From: Blastocatellia bacterium
GTDB taxonomy: Bacteria > Acidobacteriota > Blastocatellia > RBC074
Assembly: GCA_044221525.1 (NCBI GenBank)
Contig: JBGAPB010000004.1
Location: forward strand, 1 to 59,550
Reading direction: 5' to 3'
Length of the DNA stretch: 59,550 bases
Shown: positions 39,336 to 49,455 of the stretch, one piece after another
Layout of the letters: each line of letters begins with the position of its first letter
How positions within the stretch are numbered: the first letter of the stretch is position 1
Translations under genes and position numbers: made by a program
The notes under the pieces: model-generated
What the model was told of the DNA's origin: nothing
The model's input: the letters and a program-made list of their open reading frames with translations, nothing else
The model's database searches: none

Positions 39336-40418
39336 ATGAGCAATGGTTTGCAGATAAAAGAGGGTGGCGCACTGGATTTGTTGTCGCTGGGCGCGCTGGT
39401 TCACAGGCTGGATCCGGGAGTGATTCCTTTTCGCAAGGCTACAACCTGTCAGATTCACGTCAGCGGAGGCGAATTCAACGTCGCAGCCAATCTGGCCGAC
39501 TGTTTCGGCTTAAACACCGGCGTAGCCTCTGCAATGGTTGATTACCCGATTGGCGAACTGATCGCCGAACGAGTCAAAGCCATGGGCGTCAAACCTTTTT
39601 ACAAACGATTCAAACACGACGGAGTTCGCGGGCCGAATATGGCTACGGTATTCAGCGACAGAGGGCACGGCGTTCGCGCTCCGGTGGTTTTTTATAATCG
39701 GTCGAACGAAGCTGCGGCTTTGCTGAAACCGGGCGATTTTGATTGGGACGCGATCTTTGCCGGCGGAGTCCGCTGGTTTCACAGTGGAGGCATTTTCGCC
39801 GCGCTCTCTGAAACTACGGCGGAATTGATTATCGAAGGCATGCAGGCCGCCAAAGCCGCAGGCGCAGTGACTTCGTTTGACCTGAATTTCCGCGAAAAGC
39901 TGTGGAAGATTTCAGGCGGTCAGGATCGCGCCGTGTCAGTCATTGATCGAATCGTCGAAAACGTGGACGTGCTGGTCGGTAACGAAGAAGATTTGCAAAA
40001 AGGTTTGGGTATTCCCGGCCCCGAAGTCGCCGCGAAATCGAAGCTCGATCCGGGAGCGTTTTTCAGCATGATTGACCGCGTAGTCGCTAAGCATCCAAAA
40101 ATCAAAGTCGTTGCCACGACTCTGCGCGAAGTTCACACCACCAGCCGCCATTCGTGGGGAGCGGTGGCCTGGGTCAACGGTGAGCCTCACGTTTCAATGA
40201 CCGCTGAACTGGACGTGATTGATCGCGTCGGCGGCGGAGACGGTTTTGCAGCCGGTTTCTTTTACGGCTTGCTGACCGGCGAAACTCCTGCTGAATCGTT
40301 GAAACTTGGCTGGGCGCACGGAGCTTTGCTGACTACATTTCCCGGCGATACGACAATGGCTTCGGTGGATCAGGTGCGAGCGTTTGCTCAGGGCGGTTCA
40401 GCGCGCATTCAGCGATAA
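39336..40418 (+). CDS. PfkB-family sugar kinase (2-dehydro-3-deoxygluconokinase-like)
   Basis: 360 aa with the PfkB signature DRVGGGDGFAAGFFYGLL. Confidence 0.8.
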   Translation: MSNGLQIKEGGALDLLSLGALVHRLDPGVIPFRKATTCQIHVSGGEFNVAANLADCFGLNTGVASAMVDYPIGELIAERVKAMGVKPFYKRFKHDGVRGPNMATVFSDRGHGVRAPVVFYNRSNEAAALLKPGDFDWDAIFAGGVRWFHSGGIFAALSETTAELIIEGMQAAKAAGAVTSFDLNFREKLWKISGGQDRAVSVIDRIVENVDVLVGNEEDLQKGLGIPGPEVAAKSKLDPGAFFSMIDRVVAKHPKIKVVATTLREVHTTSRHSWGAVAWVNGEPHVSMTAELDVIDRVGGGDGFAAGFFYGLLTGETPAESLKLGWAHGALLTTFPGDTTMASVDQVRAFAQGGSARIQR

Positions 40419-40452
40419 ACTGCCAGGCATTTTTTAGCTTTCAGGGGGCAAG

Positions 40453-41193
40453 ATGGCGATCACTCAGGAAGACAAGCTTCGGTACGAAGTCGAAAAGCTT
40501 GAATTGGAAATCAAAGAAAAGCGCCGCTCGTTCTTTAATCAACCAACATTCTGGATTCCGATGATCACCGTCGCAATTTCGCTGAGCGGCAATGTCTTTC
40601 AATGGAGCAATGCAAAAAACGAAAAGACTCTGGTTGAAATTCAAATTGCACAAGCCAAGCTGGATAAAGACAGGACGCAAATCCAACTGGACGCGCTGAA
40701 ACAACAGCTTCAAGATGCTCAGAGCATTTACGAATCAACCAACCAAAAAATCGCCGAAGCAGAAAGCCGGTTGAAAGAAGCAACGGAAAAGCTTTCTCAA
40801 TTTCAATCCCCTCAATTAAAGGCCGCCGCCGCCGAAGCAGGGCGGGTTTTGGCAGATGCAAGACAGATCAATCAACGCGCGATGGAAGGATTAAGAGCGA
40901 CCGAATCCATCGGCTCAGGTAAAGATGCGGCCTTGGCCAAGGCGAAAGAGCGAGAGGGTTTTGAGAAGTTAATTGCCGGCGATTACGATGGAGCCGCGCA
41001 GGCATTCCAGGCCGCAGATAACGCCAATCACAACTTTAATTCCGTTTCCGAATTGGCTCGATTGGTTAAATCAAGAAGAGCAGACCTGGATGACCCTGCG
41101 AAAAGAAAAGACGTCTTTCGGACTATTGTCACCAGATATTCGCTTGGTGCTCCTGCCGACTTGCTGAATAAGCTTGAAGAGATGTCAAAATAA
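40453..41193 (+). CDS. Hypothetical membrane-anchored coiled-coil protein
   Basis: 246 aa with one TM segment (FWIPMITVAISLSGNVF) and long heptad-like Q/E/K/A-rich stretches. Confidence 0.55.
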   Translation: MAITQEDKLRYEVEKLELEIKEKRRSFFNQPTFWIPMITVAISLSGNVFQWSNAKNEKTLVEIQIAQAKLDKDRTQIQLDALKQQLQDAQSIYESTNQKIAEAESRLKEATEKLSQFQSPQLKAAAAEAGRVLADARQINQRAMEGLRATESIGSGKDAALAKAKEREGFEKLIAGDYDGAAQAFQAADNANHNFNSVSELARLVKSRRADLDDPAKRKDVFRTIVTRYSLGAPADLLNKLEEMSK

Positions 41194-41225
41194 TTCACCT
41201 TAAATTTTAGGATAAGGAGATAGAA

Positions 41226-42392
41226 ATGAATCCGTTAGTAGAAGTAGAAAAGCTCGGCCAAAGTATTTGGTACGACAACATCCGCCGCCTGTTGATTGAC
41301 AACGGCGACATCGCCGGAAAGATCGCCAACGACGATCTGCGAGGCATCACATCCAATCCGACCATCTTTGAAAAAGCCATCGCGGGCAGCGACGATTACA
41401 ACGACGCGATGCAAAAGCTGATTGCCGAAGGCAAAGGCATACAGGAAATTTACGAAGCTCTGGCGATTGAAGACATTCAGCGGGCGTCCGATTTGTTCAC
41501 TTCGGTTTACGAACGCACAAACAAGCTGGATGGTTATGTCAGTTTGGAAGTTTCGCCGCTGCTGGCGCGCGACACCGCCGGAACCGTCGCCGAAGCCAAA
41601 CGGCTGTGGGCGGCGCTTGGTCGTCCGAATGTTTGCATTAAGATTCCGGCCACGCCCGAAGGCATTCCGGCCATTCGCCAGGTAATCGCAGCCGGAATCA
41701 ACGTCAACGTGACGATGATTTTTGCTCTGGAAAATTACGTGCAAGTCACCGACGCATACATTTCCGGTTTAGAGGATCGCGCCGCAGCCGGTCAGCCGAT
41801 TGACCACGTAGCCTCTGTCGCCAGCGTTTTCGTTTCACGTATTGACTCGGCGGTTGATGCTCAACTGGAAGCCAGGATTAAGCAATCCAGCGACGAAACC
41901 GAAAAGGCCTCGCTGACATCCCTGCTTGGCAAAGCCGCCATCGCCAACGCCAAGATGCAGTATCAACGCTTCAAGGAAATTTTCAGCAGCGAACGATTTG
42001 CCAAACTAAAGGCCAAAGGCGCTCAGGCTCAGCGCCCATTGTGGGCTTCGACAGGAACGAAAAATCCTGCTTACAGCGACGTGCTTTACGTTGACAGCCT
42101 GATTGCCGCTGACACGGTAAACACAATTCCGCCTGCAACCTACACAGCTTTCCGCGACCACGGAAACGTCGCGCTGACGATTGAAACCGGTTTGGATCAG
42201 GCCAAGTCCGATCTGGCCAAGCTGGCCGAAATCGGAATCAGTTTGGAAGCCGTTTGCCAGAAATTGCAGGACGACGGCGTCAAATCCTTTGCCGATTCCT
42301 TCGACAGCCTGATGCAAACAATCAAATCGAAACAGGCTGCAATGACCAGCGGCTTGGCGGAACGCATGGGAGCTTCCTTGGGAAAAGCCTAG
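41226..42392 (+). CDS. tal: Transaldolase (the long form that is fused to PGI in some lineages)
   Basis: 388 aa with LGQSIWYDNIRR and the active-site region VCIKIPATPEGIPA. RBS AAGGAG is upstream. Confidence 0.88.
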   Translation: MNPLVEVEKLGQSIWYDNIRRLLIDNGDIAGKIANDDLRGITSNPTIFEKAIAGSDDYNDAMQKLIAEGKGIQEIYEALAIEDIQRASDLFTSVYERTNKLDGYVSLEVSPLLARDTAGTVAEAKRLWAALGRPNVCIKIPATPEGIPAIRQVIAAGINVNVTMIFALENYVQVTDAYISGLEDRAAAGQPIDHVASVASVFVSRIDSAVDAQLEARIKQSSDETEKASLTSLLGKAAIANAKMQYQRFKEIFSSERFAKLKAKGAQAQRPLWASTGTKNPAYSDVLYVDSLIAADTVNTIPPATYTAFRDHGNVALTIETGLDQAKSDLAKLAEIGISLEAVCQKLQDDGVKSFADSFDSLMQTIKSKQAAMTSGLAERMGASLGKA

Positions 42393-42397
42393 ACGCC

Positions 42398-44098
42398 GTG
42401 TCCCAGGTCATCAGTCGCGCGGAATCCGAACAATGGGTTCGGAAAATCTGGCGCAAGGATGCGGCGTTATGGAAGTCGGATGAAGAAAACGCGAAGATCA
42501 TTCGCAACTCGCTGGGTTGGGTAACGGTCATCGAACAAGTCAGCGCAGCCGCCGAAGAACTGGCGGCTTTCAGTGCTCGAATCAGAAATGACGGCTTTAA
42601 GCACATCATGCTGCTGGGAATGGGTGGCAGCAGCTTGTGCCCTGAAGTTTTCCGGCGCACATTTGGCAAAACTCCCGGCTTCCCGGAAATGCACGTGCTG
42701 GACAGCACTGACCCGGCGACGGTCGCCGCGTTTGAAGCCAAAGTTGATCTGGCCAAGACGCTGTTCATCGTCGCCAGCAAGTCCGGCTCAACGGTCGAAC
42801 CGTTGATGTTTTACAAATACTTTTTCAACCGAGTGCGCGAACTCAAAGGCGACAAGGCTGGCGAAAACTTCATCACCATCACCGACCCCGGCACAAAGAT
42901 GGAACAGTACGCCAAAGATGATAAGTTCCGCCGCATCTTCCTGAATCCACCGGATATTGGCGGACGTTATTCGGCGCTGTCATTTTTCGGAGCAGTTCCC
43001 GCTGCATTGCAGGGTTTCGATTTCAGAACTTTGATTGACCGGGCCGAACGCGCAATGCACGCCTGCTCGCCAGTCGTTCCGGCGGCTGAAAATCCTGCGG
43101 TTCGATTGGGAGCAATCATAGGCACTCTGGCCGTCGAAGGTCGCAACAAAATGACTTTGACGACCGATCCTGAAATCGCTTCGCTGGGTTTGTGGATTGA
43201 ACAACTTGTCGCCGAAAGCACAGGCAAAGAAGGCAAAGGAATTTTGCCAGTCGCTGGCGAACCGCTTGGCTTACCTGAAATTTACGGCAACGACCGCGTC
43301 TTCGTTCACATCGCCGTTGGCACTATTGACCCCGAAACTGACAACAAGCTTCGCGTGCTGGAAGCCGCAGGCCATCCGGTCATTCGCCGAACGCTGAACG
43401 ACACACTTGATCTGGGCGAAGAGTTTTACCTGTGGGAAATGGCCACGGCAGTTGCTGGTAAAATCACAGGCATCAATCCGTTCGATCAACCCAACGTTCA
43501 GGAATCGAAAGATCACACAGTCAACCTGCTGGAAGATTTCAGAAAGCACAACAAACTGACTGATCAATCCCTGAAGCCCGAAGCCAGACAGGTGTTGGCC
43601 GTCGAAGGTCACGGGGTGAAGGTTTTCTGCACTGAATCAACGAAAAACAAACTCGGCGCTGGCCTTTCGGTGGAATCGTTCATCGGCGCTCACCTGAAAC
43701 GCGCATCAGTCAATGATTACGTCGCGCTCTGTGATTACATTCAGGAAACTGACGAACACGAAGCCTTGCTGCAAGGCATTCGCGTTCACCTGCGCGACGC
43801 CTTGCATGTGGCGACAACGACGGGTTACGGGCCGCGTTTCCTGCATTCAACCGGCCAGCTTCACAAAGGCGGAGACGACCACGGAGTCTTCATTCAAATC
43901 ACTGCTGACGACGTGAAAGACGTTCCGCTGCCCGGCGAACCGTTCGGTTTCAGCGTATTGAAGCAGGCTCAGGCGCTGGGCGATTTCGCTTCGCTGGCCA
44001 CCCGCAATCGGCGAGCGATTCGCGTCAACCTGGGCGAAGACATTGGAGCGGGATTGAAAACGCTGCTGGAAATTGTTCAAAGCCAGTTGCCGATTTGA
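42398..44098 (+). CDS. pgi: Glucose-6-phosphate isomerase. The start is uncertain: it may be the GTG at 42398, or the gene may originally have been fused to tal.
   Basis: The PGI-family ORF is open from 42254 in a frame that overlaps the tal 3' end. Homology-like sequence starts near ...VSQVISRAESEQWVRKIWRKDAALW. Other blocks are LGMGGSSLCPEV and IGGRYSALS. Confidence 0.8.
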   Translation: MSQVISRAESEQWVRKIWRKDAALWKSDEENAKIIRNSLGWVTVIEQVSAAAEELAAFSARIRNDGFKHIMLLGMGGSSLCPEVFRRTFGKTPGFPEMHVLDSTDPATVAAFEAKVDLAKTLFIVASKSGSTVEPLMFYKYFFNRVRELKGDKAGENFITITDPGTKMEQYAKDDKFRRIFLNPPDIGGRYSALSFFGAVPAALQGFDFRTLIDRAERAMHACSPVVPAAENPAVRLGAIIGTLAVEGRNKMTLTTDPEIASLGLWIEQLVAESTGKEGKGILPVAGEPLGLPEIYGNDRVFVHIAVGTIDPETDNKLRVLEAAGHPVIRRTLNDTLDLGEEFYLWEMATAVAGKITGINPFDQPNVQESKDHTVNLLEDFRKHNKLTDQSLKPEARQVLAVEGHGVKVFCTESTKNKLGAGLSVESFIGAHLKRASVNDYVALCDYIQETDEHEALLQGIRVHLRDALHVATTTGYGPRFLHSTGQLHKGGDDHGVFIQITADDVKDVPLPGEPFGFSVLKQAQALGDFASLATRNRRAIRVNLGEDIGAGLKTLLEIVQSQLPI

Positions 44099-44119
44099 AG
44101 CCTGAACTTAACGACAAAC

Positions 44120-44159
44120 ATCAACCCCGCCAACGCTTTCCAGCTTTGGCGGGGTTGAT
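44120..44159. terminator. Bidirectional terminator hairpin between the convergent pgi and acylase genes
   Basis: atcaaccccgcca-(14 nt)-tggcggggttgat forms a 13-bp perfect stem. Confidence 0.65.
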
Positions 44160-44197
44160 TGCCTTCACCGATACGTCTTGCTTCGCCCATCGGCAAA

Positions 44198-46363
44198 CTA
44201 CTTTTCCTCGCCGGGATGATAGCTGTGTTCCAGGTTTGGTTTGATTTCAGCCAGTGTGAACCGCACAGGTTTGAATTTGCCTGCGGCGTAAAGCTCGGCT
44301 TGATCCAGATGGTGTTTCGATTTGGGATCGGCGCTTTGGCCGAAAACCAAAATTGATTGCGCCCTGAACTGTTTGCCGAATTCGGCTACGGCGACAAAGG
44401 TGTTGCCTGCCGTGCCGTAACGCCGCTGCTGACCTTTTTCTGTTCGCGCAGTGAAGGTAAACGCCATTCCAGCGAAACTTGGGCCGCCCGCGACTGGCAA
44501 GCTGGGCTTTTTGTCGTCGAAGGGTTCATCGCCGCTGGTGTGGACTCGCTGCAAACGGTTGATCTCTCCCCACTCGACTTGCCGGGTTCCAAACTTCAAT
44601 TCCAGATCGGCGACTGTCTTTTCCAAAGCACGCAGAAATTTGAATTTAGCTTCACCCTTGTCGGCGTTGGCGCTTTCCAAAGTCAAAATGAACAGCGTTG
44701 TTTCCACCGAATCCAGCCGAGCAATTTGATCCCAGGATTTCAGCGCCCAGACAACAGGTTTGATCTCTTCGGCCTTGGCTTCGTTTTCGCGCTTCATCTG
44801 TTCCCATTCTTCAGCCAGAGTTTCGATGCCCTGTTTCGCTTCGCCGACTGTGGTGTCGGTCGCGGCTTTGGCCCATTCATCAAAGGTGAATTTCTTTTTG
44901 CCGGTCAAAATGCGCCGGGACATTCGCGCTCGCGGCGTGTCGTCTTCGGGAACCATGTAAGCCGGAAACTTTTCTTTCGGTGGGTTGCCCTCAGACGTAG
45001 TTAAGAAAGCCGTCGAGTTGCAGTTCTGCAAAAAGCCGGACTTGGGGTTCAGAAACAGCGGCAGTTCTTCCAGTGAGTGATAACCCTGCCATTCGGTTTC
45101 CGCAGTGCTGCCGTCAACAGGTTTTGTCCAATCGAACTTCGTCGAACGTTTAGGAACCGCGTTGCCGTGAACGTAAAAGATGTTGCCGCGATTGTCTGCG
45201 TATAAAGTGTTCGATCCCGTCAGACTGACTTTGCTCAGCGCGGCTCGAAATTCTTTCAGGTTGCGAGCGCGGTTCATGGCTATGCGCTGTTCCAGTTCGC
45301 CACCTTCTTGCAGCCGAGCGATGCGAGCGGCGACAGCTTTGCCATTGCGATAACCGATGATCGGGCCGTGGTGAGTTTTGCGAAACCGATAACGGCGAAC
45401 TTCGATTCCCTTTTCGGTTTTGACTTTGACAGTGTCCGTCCATTCGACAGCGGTTCGATGCTCGCTTCCGTATTTGTAAGCCAGCGGATTCGCCGCGTCG
45501 TCGAAGCTTTCCAGGTAAACGTCCGCCGTGTCGGCGTAATTGTTCGTGTGGCTCCAACCCAAAAACTGATTGAAGCCTGTGCGGATGTAAGCCGTCCCCA
45601 GAATTGCGAAACCGTAAGAGTTCAAACCTTCTTCGCTCTTCAACTGAGCTTCGTAACGCTGGCCGCCGCCGAAAAATCCTACATGAGGATTGATGAACAG
45701 CATCGCGTTGCCGCTGGCGCTTTTGCGCGGAGAAACCGCCCACATATTCGAACCCTCTTCCTGGCCAAGATTCGATTCGACAAACCACTGTTGCAATCCG
45801 TCCAGGTTGATCGGTAAAGCCTGAGCTTTGTCTGTCGCTTCCAATTTGCCCAACTGAATTTCGTTCGGGTTCAATCCCAGCCGATTGACGCTGCCCACTC
45901 TGCCCGCCCGCGCGAAGGCCAGTACGTTCCAGGGTTCCAAACCAGTCAACAACCTAGGTTTTGTTTCAGGATGACGGGCAATGAAGTTATTGACTCCGGC
46001 GGCAAAGGCATCACACAACGCCCGCAGGTTTGCGGGTAATTTCTCGTATTCGGCTTTAGACAGCCGCTCGATTTCAAACAGTCGAAAAGTCAGATCGCGC
46101 GCCAAACCACGTTCGCCTTCAATCTCTGCGGCTCGCCCAAGCACATTGATGTAATCGGTTTCCAGTTGCCAGAAATTGTCTTCGCATTGTGCGTAAGCCA
46201 AACCGAAAATCACCGCAGGATCGGTCTTGCCGAAGATGTGCGGAACTCCGTAAGTGTCGCGGTGAATGGTAACCTGGCTGGCCAACTCAGTTTTCGATTG
46301 GGCGTTGACAGAAACGGCCAAACAAATCGTGGCGAGTAAAGTGAACAAGTAGCGACGAGGCAT
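44198..46363 (-). CDS. Penicillin/AHL acylase family Ntn-hydrolase (peptidase S45), secreted
   Basis: Signal peptide MPRRYLFTLLATICLAVSVNAQ (ATG 46363, with AAGGAG 6 nt upstream). The beta-subunit nucleophile context is EEGSNMWAVSPRKS. Confidence 0.85.
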   Translation of the reverse strand: MPRRYLFTLLATICLAVSVNAQSKTELASQVTIHRDTYGVPHIFGKTDPAVIFGLAYAQCEDNFWQLETDYINVLGRAAEIEGERGLARDLTFRLFEIERLSKAEYEKLPANLRALCDAFAAGVNNFIARHPETKPRLLTGLEPWNVLAFARAGRVGSVNRLGLNPNEIQLGKLEATDKAQALPINLDGLQQWFVESNLGQEEGSNMWAVSPRKSASGNAMLFINPHVGFFGGGQRYEAQLKSEEGLNSYGFAILGTAYIRTGFNQFLGWSHTNNYADTADVYLESFDDAANPLAYKYGSEHRTAVEWTDTVKVKTEKGIEVRRYRFRKTHHGPIIGYRNGKAVAARIARLQEGGELEQRIAMNRARNLKEFRAALSKVSLTGSNTLYADNRGNIFYVHGNAVPKRSTKFDWTKPVDGSTAETEWQGYHSLEELPLFLNPKSGFLQNCNSTAFLTTSEGNPPKEKFPAYMVPEDDTPRARMSRRILTGKKKFTFDEWAKAATDTTVGEAKQGIETLAEEWEQMKRENEAKAEEIKPVVWALKSWDQIARLDSVETTLFILTLESANADKGEAKFKFLRALEKTVADLELKFGTRQVEWGEINRLQRVHTSGDEPFDDKKPSLPVAGGPSFAGMAFTFTARTEKGQQRRYGTAGNTFVAVAEFGKQFRAQSILVFGQSADPKSKHHLDQAELYAAGKFKPVRFTLAEIKPNLEHSYHPGEEK

Positions 46364-46374
46364 TGCCATCTCCT

Positions 46375-47723
46375 TCAATTCAAATTCGTGGTGTCGAGTT
46401 TCAACAAAGTTTGCAGCAAGACATTCGCGCCATTGGCAATGTCTTCGGGTGTGGAAAATTCACGCGGACTGTGGCTGATGCCATCGCGGCTGGGAACGAA
46501 AATCATCCCGACCGGACAGATGTTGTAAATTTCCTGAGCGTCGTGCCCTGCTCCGCTGGGCATCAGTTTCGTCGTCAACCCAAGTCCTTTCGCCGAGTCC
46601 GCAATTAAGCGCGGCGAATGCGTTCATCGGTCGGCGCGGGCGGAGTCGCGTTGACCTGCTTGAACTCGAACTTTGTTCCTGTGGATTGTTCGATCTGGCG
46701 AACTTCGGCTTGAATCTTTTCAAACAGCATTTTGACTTTGGCGGCGTCCAGATCCCGCAGCCCCAAACTGGTCAGCACTTTCCGGGGATTACGTTGTACG
46801 CACCGGAAAGGGCTGAATCTTGCCAACGTTCAACCTGACGACCTGGCATCTTGCTGAGTGACGACGCGGTTGACGACTTCGATGTATTTCGCCGCTGCCA
46901 GCAAAGCGTCTTTGCGCTGATTCATTGGCGTAGTTCCGGCGTGATTTGCGAAGCCATCAATCGTCACGTCCCACCAGTTGACGCTGACAATTCCTTCGAC
47001 CACTCCGATGTTGATTTTTTCCTGATGCAAAATGCCGCCCTGTTCGATGTGCAATTCAATGTAAGCGGCAATGTCGCCTTTGCGACGTACAACACTGGCC
47101 AGTTTGTCAGGGTCACCGCCAATGAACTTGATGCCTTCGCGGATGGTCTTTTTGCTGTTCGACACCAGATTCAGTTCGCGTTCGGTCAAACCTTTGGCCA
47201 GGGCGTGACTGCCTATCGTTCCGCCTTCTTCGTTTTGAAAGATGGCGACTTCCAGCGGATGCACGTAGCGTGACGTTGTTTTCAGCCAAAGTTTGAGCGA
47301 CTTCAATCGCCGACATTGAACCAACCTGTCCGTCGTAACTGCCGCCTTGCGGAACCGAATCAATGTGCGAACCGATCATCGCGGCTTCAGGCTGGCATCG
47401 CTTCCCGCTCGACGGCCAAGGATGTTGCCGACAGAGTCAATCGAAACCTCCAGCTTGGCCGCGCGCATCAATTTCATAGCGTAATCGCGAGCCTGCAAAT
47501 CTTCATCGGAATAAGCCACGCGATTCGTCCCGCCTTCAGGCGTTTTGCCAAAGGCTGCAAGTTCGGTCATGTGCTGATTCGGTCGTGCGCCATTGACGCG
47601 CAGCATGGCGTTTGCGGAACTGAAAACGCCAGCGTGCTGCCAGCCGCCAGCAAACTGAAATTGAATTCTCGACGGTTCATGTTTTCTCCAGTGGGTGAAT
47701 TGAATTTGCCCGGAGTTTAGCAA
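46375..47723 (-). pseudogene. M20-family amidohydrolase (allantoate amidohydrolase / N-carbamoyl-L-amino-acid hydrolase type) with multiple frameshifts
   Basis: Homology-like blocks are split over at least 5 ORF fragments or frames. These include ELAAFGKTPEGGTNRVAYS, MIGSHIDSVPQGGSYDGQVG and HPLEVAIFQNEEGG. Others are NWWDVTIDGFANHAGTTPM, GAYNVIPGK (third frame) and LMPSGAGHDAQ...GMIFVPSRDGISHSPREF. Confidence 0.8.
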
Positions 47724-47828
47724 TCGGATAAAAGATCAACAAAGACAATTTTAGGAGCGAGGGAGTTTAAGGAAGCTTCGCGCTTTTATTTTCAGCAGGC
47801 GGGGACGCCTGCGTACCCAGGAATCAAA

Positions 47829-49436
47829 ATGAACAAGATCACTCGTCGCCAAAGCCTGAAAGCAGGTCTGGCATCACTCGCCGCTCTGAGTTCGCTTGAA
47901 TCAACAGAAGCAAACGAAGTCGGTCAAGCTGTAATTGCCGCTCGCGGCGGACTCTGCCTAAACGAAGACAACAGTCATTACTTTTCCACTCGCGCCGAAA
48001 AAAAACTGGATGCTGAAACCGTTGCTTCGTGGGTGGATCAATACGCCAAAACTCAGGTGCGCGAATTGATGCTTTCACCCAACGCAATGCGAACCAGTTA
48101 CGACAGTCAGGTCTGGGAACCGATCTGGAAAGGTTACGATCCTGACGGCCCGGATGACCAACCTTTACTGGCCAGCACGGCGGCTGCTTCGCGCAGAGCA
48201 GTCAGAGATTGGATTCACACCGCCTGGCAACTAAACCAAAACGGCATTGATCCATACAAATTGTGGATTGAACGCGCGCGCAAACACGGCATTTCGCCGT
48301 GGATTTCGATGAGGATGAACGACGTGCATAACGTGGACGACGAACGCAGTTTTATGCACAGCGACCTTTGGCGACAGAATCCACAGTTTCGACGAATCAA
48401 TTACCGGCTGGATCGTTCAGCAGATCGCGCTCTGGATTACGGGCACGTCGAAGTCCGCCAGCACCATTTCAAGCTGATTCGAGAACTTGTTGAGCGATAT
48501 GATTTCGACGGCCTGGAACTGGATTGGATGCGGTTCGGCTATCACTTCAAACCCGGTCACGAAAGCGAAGGCCTAACAATTCTGACCGAATTCACTGCGG
48601 AAGTTCGTCACTTGCTAACAACCTGGGAAAAGAAACGCGGCCACAAAATCAAACTCGGCGCGCGCGTGCCTTCGCGACCGCAAACTGCGTTTGGACTTGG
48701 TTACGATCCTGTCACCTGGGCGCGCAAAGGCCTGATTGACATGCTGGTTGTCACTCCGTTTTGGGCCAGCATCGAACCGGATATGCCAATTGAGTTATGG
48801 AAAGAATTACTGCGAGGAACTCAGGTGACGCTGGCGGCAGGGCTGGAAGTGCTGATCCGAACTCATCCCGATTCCAAACAGTTTCAGAAAAACACGCTGG
48901 AAACCGTGCGCGGAGCCGCCGCCTCTTTGCTGGATCGCGGAGCGAATCGAATTTACCTGTTCAACTATATGGATTCGCAAACTGCGATGGACGATCTGGA
49001 AAATTACCAGACGCTGTTGCGCGAAGTCGGCAAGCTGGAAACTCTGAAAGGAAAATCGCGCCGCCACGTGCTGACATTTGCCGACACCTGGGCGCCCGGC
49101 GAAGCTCCGGCAATCCCTTTGCCTGCGCAATGCTCCGCCGGAAAGTGGCGAGCCTTTCGACTGCCAACCGGGGCGGTTCCGGCTGCTGGCAATGTGCGAG
49201 CGTTGCTTGGCATTGAAGGCATGACCGAAACCGACCTGGCTGCCAGCGAGTTGCGCCTCAACGGAGAGTCATGCAAGTTCAGCGGCAAAGTTGAGTTGAA
49301 AACGCCTAAACCGGAATCACCGGTTTTCAGTTTTTCGATTCCGTTGACGTTGCTGCGGCGCGAATACAACTTGATTGAGTTCGCCCCGAAAAGAGATTGC
49401 CGGGTTGATTGGGTAGAAATTTCCATCGGGTCTTAA
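47829..49436 (+). CDS. Tat-exported hypothetical protein, probably a TIM-barrel glycoside-hydrolase-like enzyme
   Basis: 535 aa with the twin-arginine signal ITRRQSLKAGLASLAAL. The blocks ISPWISMRMNDVHN and FDGLELDWMRFGYHF resemble GH-like TIM barrels, but this is pattern-level only. Confidence 0.6.
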   Translation: MNKITRRQSLKAGLASLAALSSLESTEANEVGQAVIAARGGLCLNEDNSHYFSTRAEKKLDAETVASWVDQYAKTQVRELMLSPNAMRTSYDSQVWEPIWKGYDPDGPDDQPLLASTAAASRRAVRDWIHTAWQLNQNGIDPYKLWIERARKHGISPWISMRMNDVHNVDDERSFMHSDLWRQNPQFRRINYRLDRSADRALDYGHVEVRQHHFKLIRELVERYDFDGLELDWMRFGYHFKPGHESEGLTILTEFTAEVRHLLTTWEKKRGHKIKLGARVPSRPQTAFGLGYDPVTWARKGLIDMLVVTPFWASIEPDMPIELWKELLRGTQVTLAAGLEVLIRTHPDSKQFQKNTLETVRGAAASLLDRGANRIYLFNYMDSQTAMDDLENYQTLLREVGKLETLKGKSRRHVLTFADTWAPGEAPAIPLPAQCSAGKWRAFRLPTGAVPAAGNVRALLGIEGMTETDLAASELRLNGESCKFSGKVELKTPKPESPVFSFSIPLTLLRREYNLIEFAPKRDCRVDWVEISIGS

Positions 49437-49455
49437 ACTGATATTCCGGCAAAAC

